NCBI GenBank assembly: GCA_028023455.1
Contig: JAQFVV010000008.1
Span: 8,742,001-8,806,000, forward strand
Direction: 5' to 3'
Source: Epiperipatus broadwayi
Taxonomy: Eukaryota; Animalia; Onychophora
Length of the DNA stretch: 64,000 nucleotides
The notes below the pieces were generated by a model, which saw only the letters and a list, made by a program, of their open reading frames with translations, was not told the DNA's origin and ran no database searches. Below, one piece after another: positions 1 to 12,218 of this stretch (positions within the stretch are counted from its first letter, which is position 1; the number at the start of each line of letters is the position of its first letter). A program made the position numbers and the translations under genes.

Positions 1-900
1 ACTAAATTACAAGAAGCCAAAAAATCGTCCAGTTGATCAAAAAGAACTGACATACAAAGAGAGCTAAAACTCAAAGCATTGCCAGACCAGATATAATGAC
101 CAGCCCTTACCAGAAGATTTCACACCAATGACTCTCACTCACAATAAAACCACCAACTCATGCCTACCAACCCAAGAAAATATATTCAATACCCACAGAC
201 ATTACAGCAGAATTTAACGACTGAACTTCCACCTGAATATTATATCCAGATGGACAGATGGCCACCTCCTATCCAGTCATACCAATACACCAAATAACTC
301 TTGTTAAAACCATCCACTTGCCTGACTTAGAATTCCATCACACAAGCCAAGCCTTATCATGAACTCAAATCATAAAACATCCTTCCCAGCTCAACAACAA
401 CCACATGATTTCATGGTCCATCAAACCTAGCATTCAACACATCCATATCTAACCAATACCATGTTTCACCACCATATTACTGCATTTGAAAAGGCTATAG
501 CAGTTAAAAGCTTTTAATTCCAAAATTGCATTTTCTGACATCTTTGTCAATATTTGAACAACTCCTGCAACACCAACTAGGAAATGACAGCCTAAAAGTC
601 TTGAATCATGCCAAGCTCACAATTAAGCCCAACATAAATGCTCATGGATACATTAACAACCAAAATCTCCTGAACTCTTAAGAAAGTCAATGTACATACA
701 AATAGAAACCAAACCCAACCAATGAATTAACATGCCCCAGTCAACTGGTTTAAATGCAACCACAACCAAAAAAAAGAGCCTCAACAATATCCACCCAATC
801 ATGTACTCACTAATCACCATACATCACTCTATACCAATCCAAGGAACTTTGAAATTTGGGTTGCTAATATATAACAGAACACTGACAGAAATACAATTTG
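1..900 (+). mobile_element. Heavily decayed non-LTR retrotransposon relic, possibly the RNase H region of an I/Loa/R1-group LINE
   Basis: AC-rich coding-like composition. With frameshifts, ~470-560 reads roughly 'TAFEKAIAV...NCIFSD-SLS', resembling the RNase H pattern 'AELxAIxxAL...IFSDSLS'. Many stops. Cut by the window edge. Confidence 0.3.
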
Positions 901-2491
901 AATCTCCATAAGGCATATATGTAAAAACCTAAAATATTTATAGATATACAAATGCAAGCCTCAACAATGACTTAAAAATTTGTACACAAATTATATTTAA
1001 TCTTTGTTCATGTACATTATAATTCAAATATATGTAATTATGTTATTTCAATGTCCTCAAAATAATCCAATGCAATTGTTCCATTCAGAAATGTAAACCT
1101 CCCCTCTGACATATGTAGCACTATACATTAAAACTATTCATGTAAATAGATCAATCATTTATGTAAGCATATGTGTGCTAAAGAAATCATGTAAAATTGT
1201 TTTAGTCTAAATAAAATTCTTTTTGAAACAAAGGGATCCTTTTGTTCCATGGATTAATTTCTGATGGAAGATTCATATATTGACAAATCCATATAGAAAA
1301 AAAAAAAAAATCTTCAAAACTTAAAACTGATATCATGAAGATTTATTTCAAAGTATTAAACATCAAAAGTTATATTTTCTATATAAAACAATATATATAA
1401 ATACTAATATAACTAAATCACCATGTGATATTCAAGTTAAATATTTATTTGTTAGAAAGCATATTTTTCAAGGAAAAAAATTATTATTTGTTCCACCATT
1501 AATAAATCGTAATCATTTTTTTATTAAGCATTTTATAGAAAGAAAGTAATTTGTTAAAATAACCAACTAAAAAAATTATATATAATGGCCTTTCCATAGG
1601 CTGGGTGCATTTCTGGATTCTAAAAAAATATGGTATTGGAATAAAACCTTTTCAAGGAAAAAACACTCAGAAAAAAATGTGCTTTTGACTGCAGTACAGA
1701 ACTGAATACATATAGTATTTAAATCTGGAACAAAATGTGATACCAATACATATATTCATGTTTGAAATGTGATATTTAGTGAGAAAAAAAAAATAGAAGC
1801 TATAATATTGTATTTACATATAGTTTTGTGTAGCTTGATATTGCGTAGTTTGTGGCTCTACAGTAATACCATGCATGATTGAAATTTGTTAAAACAACCA
1901 ATTAATTACAACAGCATTTCCATAGGCAAGGCACATATGCTGGTAATAATATAGCAACCATTATTCCTTACTAAATAAAATTTCCATTTATAGATCTGAA
2001 ACTAAAACTATAAAATAAAGCTAACATCTGAATAACACTCACATATTTACAGACTAATAAACTATTGAACTCTTTACAATATCAAGATTTTAAAAAAAAT
2101 TGTAATTTTCCTATATAATTATAATATTTTATAAAAATATCTTCAAAAACTTCAAATTCTCAAAGACAATAATAGCTCTTATCTACATTTTTTTGTAATT
2201 GTATTCTCAATAATCTCACCAAAATATTTAACATTCAAAATTGAACACAATTCTGAGCAGACAATCTAAAACTTTTTTCATTTATCCATGAATATTATAT
2301 TTGAATTTGTTATATAACTCTTTAAATCTTCAGATAAATAAGTCCCCATTTCTCTCCTATTCCCCCCTTCCTCTGCAGGTACTGAGTATACAGTACAACT
2401 ATTCTGAATCAAGCTAGCCTAAACCCTAACATTTCATATCATGATAAGTAAAATATAATTATTATTATTATTATTTTTTTAAAGTGTCATA

Positions 2492-2574
2492 GCATCGGCC
2501 GGGACGCGAACCCGCAACCCGGGCAACTGCCTGCAAGTGCAAGGCAGTCGCGCTGACCTCTCGACCACCAATGC
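2492..2574 (-). pseudogene. tRNA-Gly-derived SINE head or tRNA pseudogene with an A/(AAT)n tail (tail ~2459-2481)
   Basis: Minus strand reads GCATTGG-TG-GTCG-AGAGGTCAGCG-CGAC...CCGGG-TTGCGGGTTCGCGT-CCCGG-CCGATGC-T. Acceptor stem GCATTGG/CCGATGC and T-stem CCGGG/CCCGG match tRNA-Gly(GCC). Box A TGGTCGAGAGG; box B GGTTCGCGTCC (1 mismatch). Anticodon arm non-canonical. Both flanks carry aattattatt-like sequence (possible TSD). Confidence 0.75.
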
Positions 2575-4750
2575 AAGACTAATTATTATTTTTTAATAAA
2601 AATAAACGAAAAAACAAACAAATCATGACTGTATTATTCTATTTCTGATAATTATGCTTATTGATAGTTAAATGCCGGAATTTTAAAAATTAAATTGTGT
2701 CATCGTTTTGTGTATACACATTAAACATGTATATTATATTGAATTCATTATTTCCCATGGTTTTAGATATCCACAAGAAGATTCAGAATAATTATTTCAG
2801 TAGGTATAAGGTCATAGATTGTAAGTAACTCCTTGTACACAAGGGTTTTATAAAACTTCTAATGTAGTTTTATGATTGAATTGGTAAAAGGGTTTATGTT
2901 AAAAGGGTGTGACAACTGCGATAAATTGTTATCACTTAATCATTGTATTATTGTATTGCCTGCTTACTCAACTTGCAAAAAAAAAAAAAACTTAACATAT
3001 ATATATATAATGGGTTCTTAATTGTCTGACTAAATGGGACTGATGTTTGTTTTTCTAGAGTTATTACCAAAAGGAGAATAAAGCTAGATATTAATTAATA
3101 CCCATTCAAAATAGTAATAATTTATAAAGCATTTTTATTTTGAAGTACTTATCATTTAAAAAGTGAAATAAGTTAATGCAGTAAATGATAACAATAAATT
3201 GTACCCCCCCCCCCCCCGAATGAAACAAGTAGATATTGCACAATTTGATTATTTAATATTCATTACTTCCAAAATACTATATGACACAAAATTATTGATA
3301 ATGTCTTACATTGTTTAATTTTTTTGTACAAAAAATATTATTGTCTTAAAGTTTAGAATCATTTTGTCAGATTTAAAAGTCAAAAAATCATTCCAGATAA
3401 TTTTAAAACAAAAAGACCAAACTCAAAAATATTTTCTTGTATGAGATATGTAAATTGAATACAAGTTACTTTCAGTTGAAGCCATCTAAATTAAAATAAT
3501 TAATTGAAAACTTTTAAATTTCAATCTTGTACTTGCATATTCATTTACATATTTCCCATATTCATATGTAAAAAAGCATGTATGTAGACTTTCTACTAAA
3601 GTTTACATGAAATGGAATTACTCAAATTCCTGTCTATTTTATCTGTATGTATATTTGTTCAAAATAAAAAGCAACATAATTAATAAAAAAGTATCTTTCA
3701 TATTCTGGAATAAGGTAATTGACACCTATCTTATATAAATAAGATTTTATTAATTTCTGAATTGTAATTGATGCATAGAAGTTGAAAAGATTTTGTGAAA
3801 GAACATACTGTTTTTCATACTTATTTTTTCAGTGATTAACATTTACATAATATCTAAGCTTAATAATTAAGAAGTATGAATTATAAATTAATAAACAATT
3901 GTATAGCTTAGCTATACATTATACCTACAAAATAGAATTTCAACATTCATTGAATACAACAGTATAAATATAGTTGATTATAGAAACTATTGTTATGATC
4001 TTTTCAAAAATCAATGATTTTATATTCTCTATTTAGTGAGTTTTTTTAAATACATATGCCAGTAAAATCTTATATTGAATGCTATTTAAATAATCACATT
4101 TTTCTCATAAGATATTTCTGTTGAAGTTTACTGAAGAAAAGAAAAAAAAGAAAAAATACTTTCTCTAATTCATACTACTTTTTCTTATATTGATCTTTTT
4201 TTTTTTATCAATTAAAAATAAATAAATAGTAGAAATCTGCCCACTGTTGTGCAAATCAATCTTTTAAAAAAATGACTGTACAATTTTGTCTCCTAATAAT
4301 CAAATTCACAGTATATCAAATTGTTACAGAAATCCAATTACAATAATAATTTTTCTTTAAAAAAAGAAAAATTGGTACTGATTAAAAATGATGAATAACA
4401 CTTTTTTTCATTATTATTACCTGAAACATTTATTCTTCACATTTGTACAGATTGAGATTTTATTCTTTAATTGTAGATTTCAGTATTAGTGACTGTATTA
4501 CATAAATATGAATTACAATAAACCTCTTGCATATATGATTTCCATAACTAATATTATTTGAAATATCAAATAAAATATTTAATTTTGTTTATTTTAATTT
4601 TTTAGTTCATATTACAACTATTGTGCACTATAATCACAAAAGCCAGCATAAGCAAATAGCAATAATAGATTTTTTTTTTATCATCTCATTACAAATTGCT
4701 TACTTTTTAAAAGCATCCTAACTTTACTGAAAAAGTCCCTCTTATGGTAA

Positions 4751-5173
4751 AATTAAGTACTCAAGGTGCATAGTGTTAAGGTTAAAGCCTTATATGTATT
4801 TATGTGCTGACCATGCACTTAATAAGAATTAATGTTTACAACCTTAAATTGATTCGAAATAGTTCTAATTATACCATGTAAATATTAACTCACTATGAAT
4901 CGAAAGATTTAGCGAATGTTGATTTCTAAACAAGGTAGTGGACTTAATTAGTGAGGAACTTACTAGCTTTACCCCTCAAATTAAAATGCTTTAGATTTGC
5001 CTATGTAATTAGAAAGTAGGTTGAAGATAAGATGGTCACTCTTATCTTTATAAAGTTGTAATCTTGTGTTAAGATTTGTAGAGGTCCAATTAAGCACTCA
5101 AGGCACATAGCATTAAGATTAAAGCCTTATATGTATTTATGTGTTGACCATGCTCTTAATAAGAATCAATGTT
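4751..5173 (+). repeat. Diverged ~85-bp direct repeat pair (4751-4836 and 5088-5173)
   Basis: aattaagtactcaaggtgcatagtgttaaggttaaagccttatatgtatttatgtgctgaccatgcacttaataagaattaatgtt vs aattaagcactcaaggcacatagcattaagattaaagccttatatgtatttatgtgttgaccatgctcttaataagaatcaatgtt; period 337 bp. Confidence 0.8.
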
Positions 5174-8100
5174 CATTAACAAGAATGTAAATCTTTAAAA
5201 TACTATATATGCTTATTTTACATAAGTACTAAATTTTTATACAGCAATAAAATAATAATTTATTTTTACAGATTAACTTCCTATCCTTTTTATTTTCTGG
5301 TTTAAAATGTAGCCCAGTTTAATCCATGCTTTTTTTCCTCCTTGAGATTTTTAAAATTTCAGCAGTTTTCAAATGTGTTAGTTAATAATAGTGACAAGTC
5401 AGAATTCAATCTAATAAAACTTTAAAAATGTAAAAATTCTGAATCCATAAGCAAAATATTTTTCCAAAATCAAAATTTAAAAATTGAAACTTTGATAAAA
5501 TAGAGATTAAAACAGGCAAATGATCATGTGATGTTTAGTGATAAAATAGAGATATTGGATTAAAATAGGATAAACTAAAACTCACAACAATAAAAATTAT
5601 TAGTTTATATATATTAACTGAACTTATTTTTTCTTTAATTTTATTTTTAAATGTGTGTAGTAGTTATTTAGTAATGAAAGCATATGTTTAAAATGCATGT
5701 TTATGCTGAAATCACATATATGCACTATATACACCCACCTACATACGTTATGTATGTGTTAAAATGCATCTTATACATAGTTTTAAAATCTGCCTAAAAC
5801 TTGGAAGCAAATATTCCTGCTACAGGAAGAATGAATGTATAATGGTAATTAAATATTAGATATTTATATAATCAACAAATGAATAAAATCTTATGACCAC
5901 TCATTATTTAATTTATGATATTAAAACTTATAATTAAGATTACAGTTTAAATACCATACATAATCTAATTTTTATTAGACAGATTATTTTAATTATTAGT
6001 TCATAACAAACATCTACTTGAAATATATAATCCATTTTTTCTAGCATTTTGTTCATTAGATATTATTCATATAGATATACTAGTATTAATTTCTAAAATT
6101 ATTTTCTAGAATGGAATGAATTCTAATTTAATAATTTTGAATTATCTTTAGTAATATTTCATGGTCTTTGTTCAACATCTTTAAATATGCAATGTGGTCT
6201 ACAACCATATATACATTATTTTATTGCAAATCTTAAGCTTATCTCAATGTGTTATTTATATTAGTCTTTTTTCAGAAAAAGTACAGTTTTATTTCCAAGT
6301 ATTTTTGAATGATTCATTATAATTCCCAGAAATTCAGATAAGATAAATAAACTAAAAACTATTGTAAATCAGTACCTGAAAATTAAAAAGCAATAAACAC
6401 TGAAATAGTAATAAAAATCCCACATCCTCTCTATACATATATACAAATATAAATTTATTATACAATTTTAAAAATTAAATGATAGATAACATGATGATTT
6501 ATTTTCATAATTCATACATTATATATATTAAACAATACAATTTCCAAAGTTATTATATTCTATATACTTTTACTTCCTGGAGAATTGCTATATGGAAATT
6601 TAATAGTAAATTGTATAAAGAACAATATACAATGTTTTTCAATGAAGTTCTCATTAGTATTTTCTAGCTTGATTTACTTAATAAAAATCTTCAAACTTAA
6701 ACTATCTCTTTTTTTTTATTACAGAATATATTTATTACAGTAAATTAAGATTCTTGAACAATTTCTTAAATTCTCAACAGCTCAAGCTTATTAAAAAAAA
6801 AAATACTACTGAAAAAAACATGATTAAATTTTTAATAAGAAAATTCAGTCAAGTGAAGAGTTTTAAATTTTATTTTTCCATATATATAAAAGTTAATATT
6901 AAATTTATAGTGATTATATAATCTACACATTAACACTTATTAGATTTTGTATAAAGAGATTGTATAAAAGACACTATTTAACTTCCAATATTAAATTCAA
7001 TGCTAATTTAATCAATTAAGAACGTACATATTATATAAATACAGAATTATGTAAATAAACATTTCTCCAATAATACAGTTAACTAGTAATTCAAATTTAT
7101 AAAATTAGTAATAAATTATAGCAAAAAACTCTAAAAAATGTATTATTATAATTACAATAATTATTTAAAAAACTTATTTTCTGAAGATTAGGAAATATCA
7201 CATTATATTACACCACAGAAAGATTAATTTGATTAGCAGATTAGTTTTATTAGATGTCTTTATTTCTTAATGTTCATAATCACAATTATACCAAAATTAC
7301 AAGCAGTCTTTAAACTGTTCATCATATTCAATATTTTAATAAAAAAATTACAAAAATAATATATATATAAGGAAAGTTTAGTTTGGAAAGTTTTAGTTCT
7401 AAATAACTATTGAAATTATTGAGACATCTTAAAAAAAAAAAAAAAAAAAAATTTCATTTGAAATAACTTGCAACTGAAAAGAAAATTGTTAAATTATATT
7501 AGATAAGGTGAAAAAAAAAAAATCTACAAAAGTCAATAATATATTGTAACTGATAATAGTCCCAATTCGGTGATTAAAATGTAACAGACATTATTATATA
7601 AATTTATATTAATGGAGCTTCACTGTTGGACAGCTGATTATTTTATTAAATGTTATTTCAATATATATAAAAAAAATTTCACATCCCAAATTTTTATAAA
7701 AGAGAAGAATAAATTGTTGCTAAGTGATGAAACAGAACTTTTTCTTTTTTTACATGGGGGGGGGGGCACTATTTTTCTTCAATTTTATTAATAACTAAAG
7801 ATTTTATAAATTTGTTGAACAAATCATAATGACTATGACTAAATTTCATAAAGGAAGAACATGGGTCCTTCTTAATTAATATCTTCAAGATCAAGAATGT
7901 AATGAATAATAATAATAATAATAAAACTCATTACTTTAATGTGTGCTATGCTAAGTGATTTAAAACTATCTATATCTGAAAATCTATATAAAAGGAAATA
8001 ACCTAATGAAATTGAAAATAGTTAAATTTAAATATTGCAGTCAAATAAAAAAAAAATGTTAATATTACATTAGATAAAGTAAAAGTTTTATATAAAATTC

Positions 8101-8999
8101 AGAAATTTTGAGAAAAGATATTTGTAAAATTGCAAGAAACTATTTTAATCAATTGACTGATCTTACTGTCAAATCCATTATGCTATTTTTTCACATAATT
8201 TTTAAGTAAATAATATAATATAAAATATCCTTATATAGCAGCAATAAGTCTATATATTTATTATAAGAATAATATAAAAAAGCTTTTTCAGAAAATATTT
8301 TGTTTTTCTCAATGTAATTGTGAACTATTTTACAACTTCAGTTTACATTGGACACATATCAATATCTATAGTTTTTTTTTTTTTTATATATATAAGATTA
8401 ACTAGAACCAAAAACAATGGAGGGGGGGATCCAAATACTTACAAACACACAAAAGTAAAATTTATTCCAATTAAACTATGCAGAACTATTATATAAAATA
8501 TACTATATAAAGATATATAACTTCCCATTAATTTTTAATTGACATTTTGAATGATAAAAAAAAGTAAAAATTAAAGTTTTAAATAAATTTTCTCTATGAT
8601 GATACAAGATCTATACACTTTAGATAAGTAGATTAAATGAAAGCCATTTATCTATTTATTTATTTATTTATAAGAATGATTTTCTCCCTTGGGGAATTAA
8701 AGATAGTGGTTACTAAGCAATAAGGAAGTTTAGCCAATTGATAACACTTGACCAAATATGATAATAGTTTTGCAATTGCCTTCCATTAGCTTAATACAGT
8801 GTACTTTGGCATTTCTATATTCAAATCTAAAATGCATAGATATATCATATTTATAATTGGAGATTTGAAAATCTATGAAGTGAAAAAAAACATTGAAAAG
8901 TTTTGTAAAAAAAAAAAAACAGCATTGTAATAATAAACATTTGACTCAAAAATTATAAAAAAAAACTATATTTGAAAAAAAAATCAAGATAATAGACAA

Positions 9000-9420
9000 G
9001 ATTTCAATTAACTATATCTGATACATAATAGAAGTGTCTATAATTTAAGATCATAAGAAATGTTTGAAATAATACAAGCTGAAAAATGAGACTGATAAAC
9101 TGAAAGAGAATTATTTCAGATTTGTCATATAAAAATGTAAATAGTAAGCAGATTGATAAAATAAATTCAACTAAAAAATGGAAATTATTTTTTAAAAAAA
9201 TTAAAAGATGCTGCAGTAAATAATTTAAGTTATGGAAAACCAAAAAAGATCCAAAAAGCCATTGTTAGCAATAAACTAACAAATAAAATGATGAGTAAAA
9301 ACGGGGAAATTATATAGAAGATAGACAAATAATTAAGATGCGAAACAAATAATAGGATAAAGTGTTTAGAATGAAAATGTGGAAGATAGAGAAATTACTA
9401 AGAATCATTTAATTAAACTT
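9000..9420 (+). mobile_element. Decayed RTE-clade LINE fragment (endonuclease-RT linker)
   Basis: Broken translation 'KDAAVNNLSYGKPKKIQK...KC-KIEK' resembles the RTE linker 'AAxxxLG...KPW...CxEIE'; many stops. Confidence 0.3.
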
Positions 9421-9699
9421 AATATATATATATATATTGTAATGGACAACAGCTCAGGTAATGATTAAGATTTACATATTCACAATATTATTATTCCAAA
9501 CTAATATATATTGTCTTAATTTTCAGATCATATCATATGCAATATAGTGTAAATTTTATGACTATACTCAAAAGACTTTGCATTACATCATTATCAATAA
9601 ATTCAAACAGAAAGTATCAATATTTTCCATTCATTTTCCAAAATAAATAGAATGCAAACACATTCACTAAAATAATATGGTGGCTTCAAATACATTCTA

Positions 9700-9990
9700 T
9701 TATTTATTTTAAAACTGCCTCATAAAGAAACTTTAATAAATGTTTATTAGTAAGCCCACATTCTTTTGGTATCGTACTAACATATAGCACATACTTTGCT
9801 GCTTTCAGAAGTATAAGCATAAATTCTCACTTTTATTATTATTATTTAACAAGCCCAGGTATCACCATCTGGTGCTTTGTCTTCATTTGCACCTTTCTAG
9901 CATATTTACAAAACCTATTGTTGTATCCATTTCCAGAAAATAATCCAACAATCAATTCTAAATTTGAACTCTCAACAAAACGTAGCTACA
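9700..9990 (-). mobile_element. Decayed RTE-type apurinic endonuclease C-terminal fragment
   Basis: Minus-strand 'LRFVESSNLEL...FCKYARKVQ..KAPDGDT...ECGLTNKHLL' resembles 'F.E.NNL...F.K...RK.TWKAPDG...DCGSDH.LL'. Confidence 0.4.
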
Positions 9991-10619
9991 AAAGTCATTA
10001 ATTAATTCAATTTAACACTAACACAGACAAAGATAGCTGAAATTAATTATAATTATTAAGCAAATATTCTACCCCTATGTATTTATCTTTTTATGATTCT
10101 AAGTCTCTCATGAAACAAATACAATTCACTAATGAATTTACAATAATCTCAATATCATAATAGACTCATAAATTTATAAGGTGCCAATGAGCCTATCAGA
10201 TGATAAATATTTTATTTGGTAAATAAATAATTCAATAAATGATTTATTATCTAGTGAATGTGTAGTTTGGAATATGTGAATCAATATCTATGAAATAAAA
10301 TAATTTGTAAAATAGGCAAATCAAATAGTTTATAGATTAATAAATAAATTCAAATTTAGAATGAACGCAGAGTGAATGTATGATTTATTTAATTTCAATA
10401 TAAAATATTAGGTTTACCATATTGAATATTAATAACAGACTTTGTTAATATTATAAAAAAAGAAATTCACAAGCAAAAAGAAAAAAGAATGCAATGCATT
10501 GTTGCTAAGTAACGAAATAACTCAGAAAGAAAAGAACACACAAACATTCTTTTTCTTTGGAAAGATTTTTATTTTACCTGCTTTCTTTTAATATTCTGTG
10601 ATTTTTATATTAGCCATAA

Positions 10620-10934
10620 TGCTCTGAGTAGAGATTACCAAGGAGAGAGCATGAGCTCTCACAACTGATATCTGTAAGAATTAATGAAGTGGATAACAAC
10701 AAATACTATGCTAAATCATTTGAAGCCATTGACTGTTTGGATATTGGCATGGACACAGTATTTAATAAAAAAGAAATAGCTGAATACCACCTAGTGATAA
10801 TATCCATGGAGACATACATCATTGCCTATCATCATGAGAATATTATGGAAAAACATTGTGAAAAATGGAACTTTAATTGGAGAATGTTAAAGATGCCAAC
10901 CTTGGTGATTGACACTAACATAAATAATTCCTAA
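10620..10934 (+). mobile_element. Decayed RTE/BovB-like reverse transcriptase fragment (includes ORF 10689-10934)
   Basis: 'YYAK..AIDCLD.....KKEIAEYHL' resembles BovB RT 'DYAKAFDCVDH.KLW.IL.EMGIP.HL'; a degenerate 'IG.GVRQGC'-like stretch follows. Confidence 0.35.
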
Positions 10935-11501
10935 AAATTCCTTGCTAAATTAATTATTACATTATCTTCAATATTTAAAAAACAAATAAGAATACATTAA
11001 TAGATATCTATTCAAATTCTTTCTTTTAAAATTTAAAGCAATAATATGGTTTATATTATTCAATATAAACTTAATAAATAGATTATGTAAGTAAGACTTT
11101 AATTGATTATTGACATTAATACTTCTAGAAAATAAATAAAAATTAAAAATATAGTTAACATTTAAATTTTCATTATGACCATATATAATTGTGATGAAAG
11201 CTTTACTTGAGCTAAGATATTTAAAAAGAAATTTTTTAATAGTATGAAAGATATAGATCATATGTACTAACCCTCTTTTGTAATTATGAATATGTATGTT
11301 TAATAATCTTTAAGATGTAGATCACAACTTAGCAATTGCAAGCAATCATGAATAGATTATAACTGAATTTAATTTTGTGTTATTATCTTAATAAACTTAT
11401 ATATTATTATTAGTCTTTGCATCATTTGATTTGCCTATTCTGCAAATTACTTTATTTCGAAGGTATTGATTCACATATTCCAAACTGCACATTCACTAGA
11501 T

Positions 11502-12019
11502 CAGTGATCTTCAACCTTTTCACACCTGCGGACCGGTAAAAATAAGGATAAAGTTCCGCGGACCAGCAAAAATAAGGATAAGATTTCGCAGACCGGCAGA
11601 AGTCTATAGATAAATTTTCTTAAAGATAAGCATAATTGTTATAACTGATCAAAACAACAATGTTAAATATATAAGATAAATTTTTATATATAGAGAGAGT
11701 TTATATAATAAAAACTTTTTTTTAAATTTTTTTAGAAAAGTAATAAAAAATTTAATTCTACCCCCCCTCCCCAATAAACATCTGTGATAACTAGAAAAAC
11801 AAATTAATTTATGAATGATTGATTAGATTTTGTTTTCGTTCTGTTTTCTTTTTTTTTTAATTGGGTAAAAATGAGATGAAAAAATAAATAAAAATTGGCT
11901 ATATTAATTAAAAGTTTAAACTCTTATTATTTATTATTACAAACTTTTTACTGCCCGTCTAGCACGTGGACCTGCAGAAAAGTTCCGCGGCCTGGTGGAC
12001 CAAAGATTGAAGAACACTG
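11502..12019 (+). mobile_element. hAT (Buster/Charlie-type) non-autonomous element (MITE), 518 bp
   Basis: TIRs cagtgatcttcaacc...gattgaagaacactg. Perfect 8-bp TSD CACTAGAT (11494-11501, 12020-12027) with central TA. Subterminal gcggacc(g/a)g repeats. Homologous to 43823-45000. Confidence 0.92.
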
Positions 12020-12218
12020 CACTAGATAATAAATCATTAATTTATTGAATTATTTATTTACCAAATAAAATAGGTATCAATGCACAGGCTCATCGGCACC
12101 TTATAAATTCATGAGTCTATTATGATATAGCTTGAGATTATTATAAATTCATTCACGATGCAAGAAAATAATATATCTTATTCATTACTTGAGTTGTATC
12201 TGTTATAATATATATATA

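Larger units (their letters stand above)
10131..12153. repeat. ~210-bp inverted repeat pair (10131-~10345 and ~11410-12153); the right arm is split by a hAT MITE
   Basis: Left arm aatgaatttacaataatctcaa...tagactcataaatttataaggtgccaatgagcc...attatctagtgaatgtgtagtttggaatatgtgaatcaata...aataggcaaatcaaat matches the reverse complement of 11410-11501 joined to 12028-12153. No clear TSD. Confidence 0.8.

Noticed and set aside
3204-3217. Poly-C/poly-G runs here and at ~7756, ~44066, ~44619, ~56149 and ~60726 (possible G-quadruplexes)
   Set aside because: Isolated homopolymers, some within TE copies, with lengths prone to sequencing error; no functional context.
6479-9243. Short AT-rich ORFs (6479-6667, 9004-9243) and similar ones across the window
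   Set aside because: Their I/F/Y/K/N-biased composition is what chance ORFs in ~70-75% AT DNA look like; no domains or splice support.
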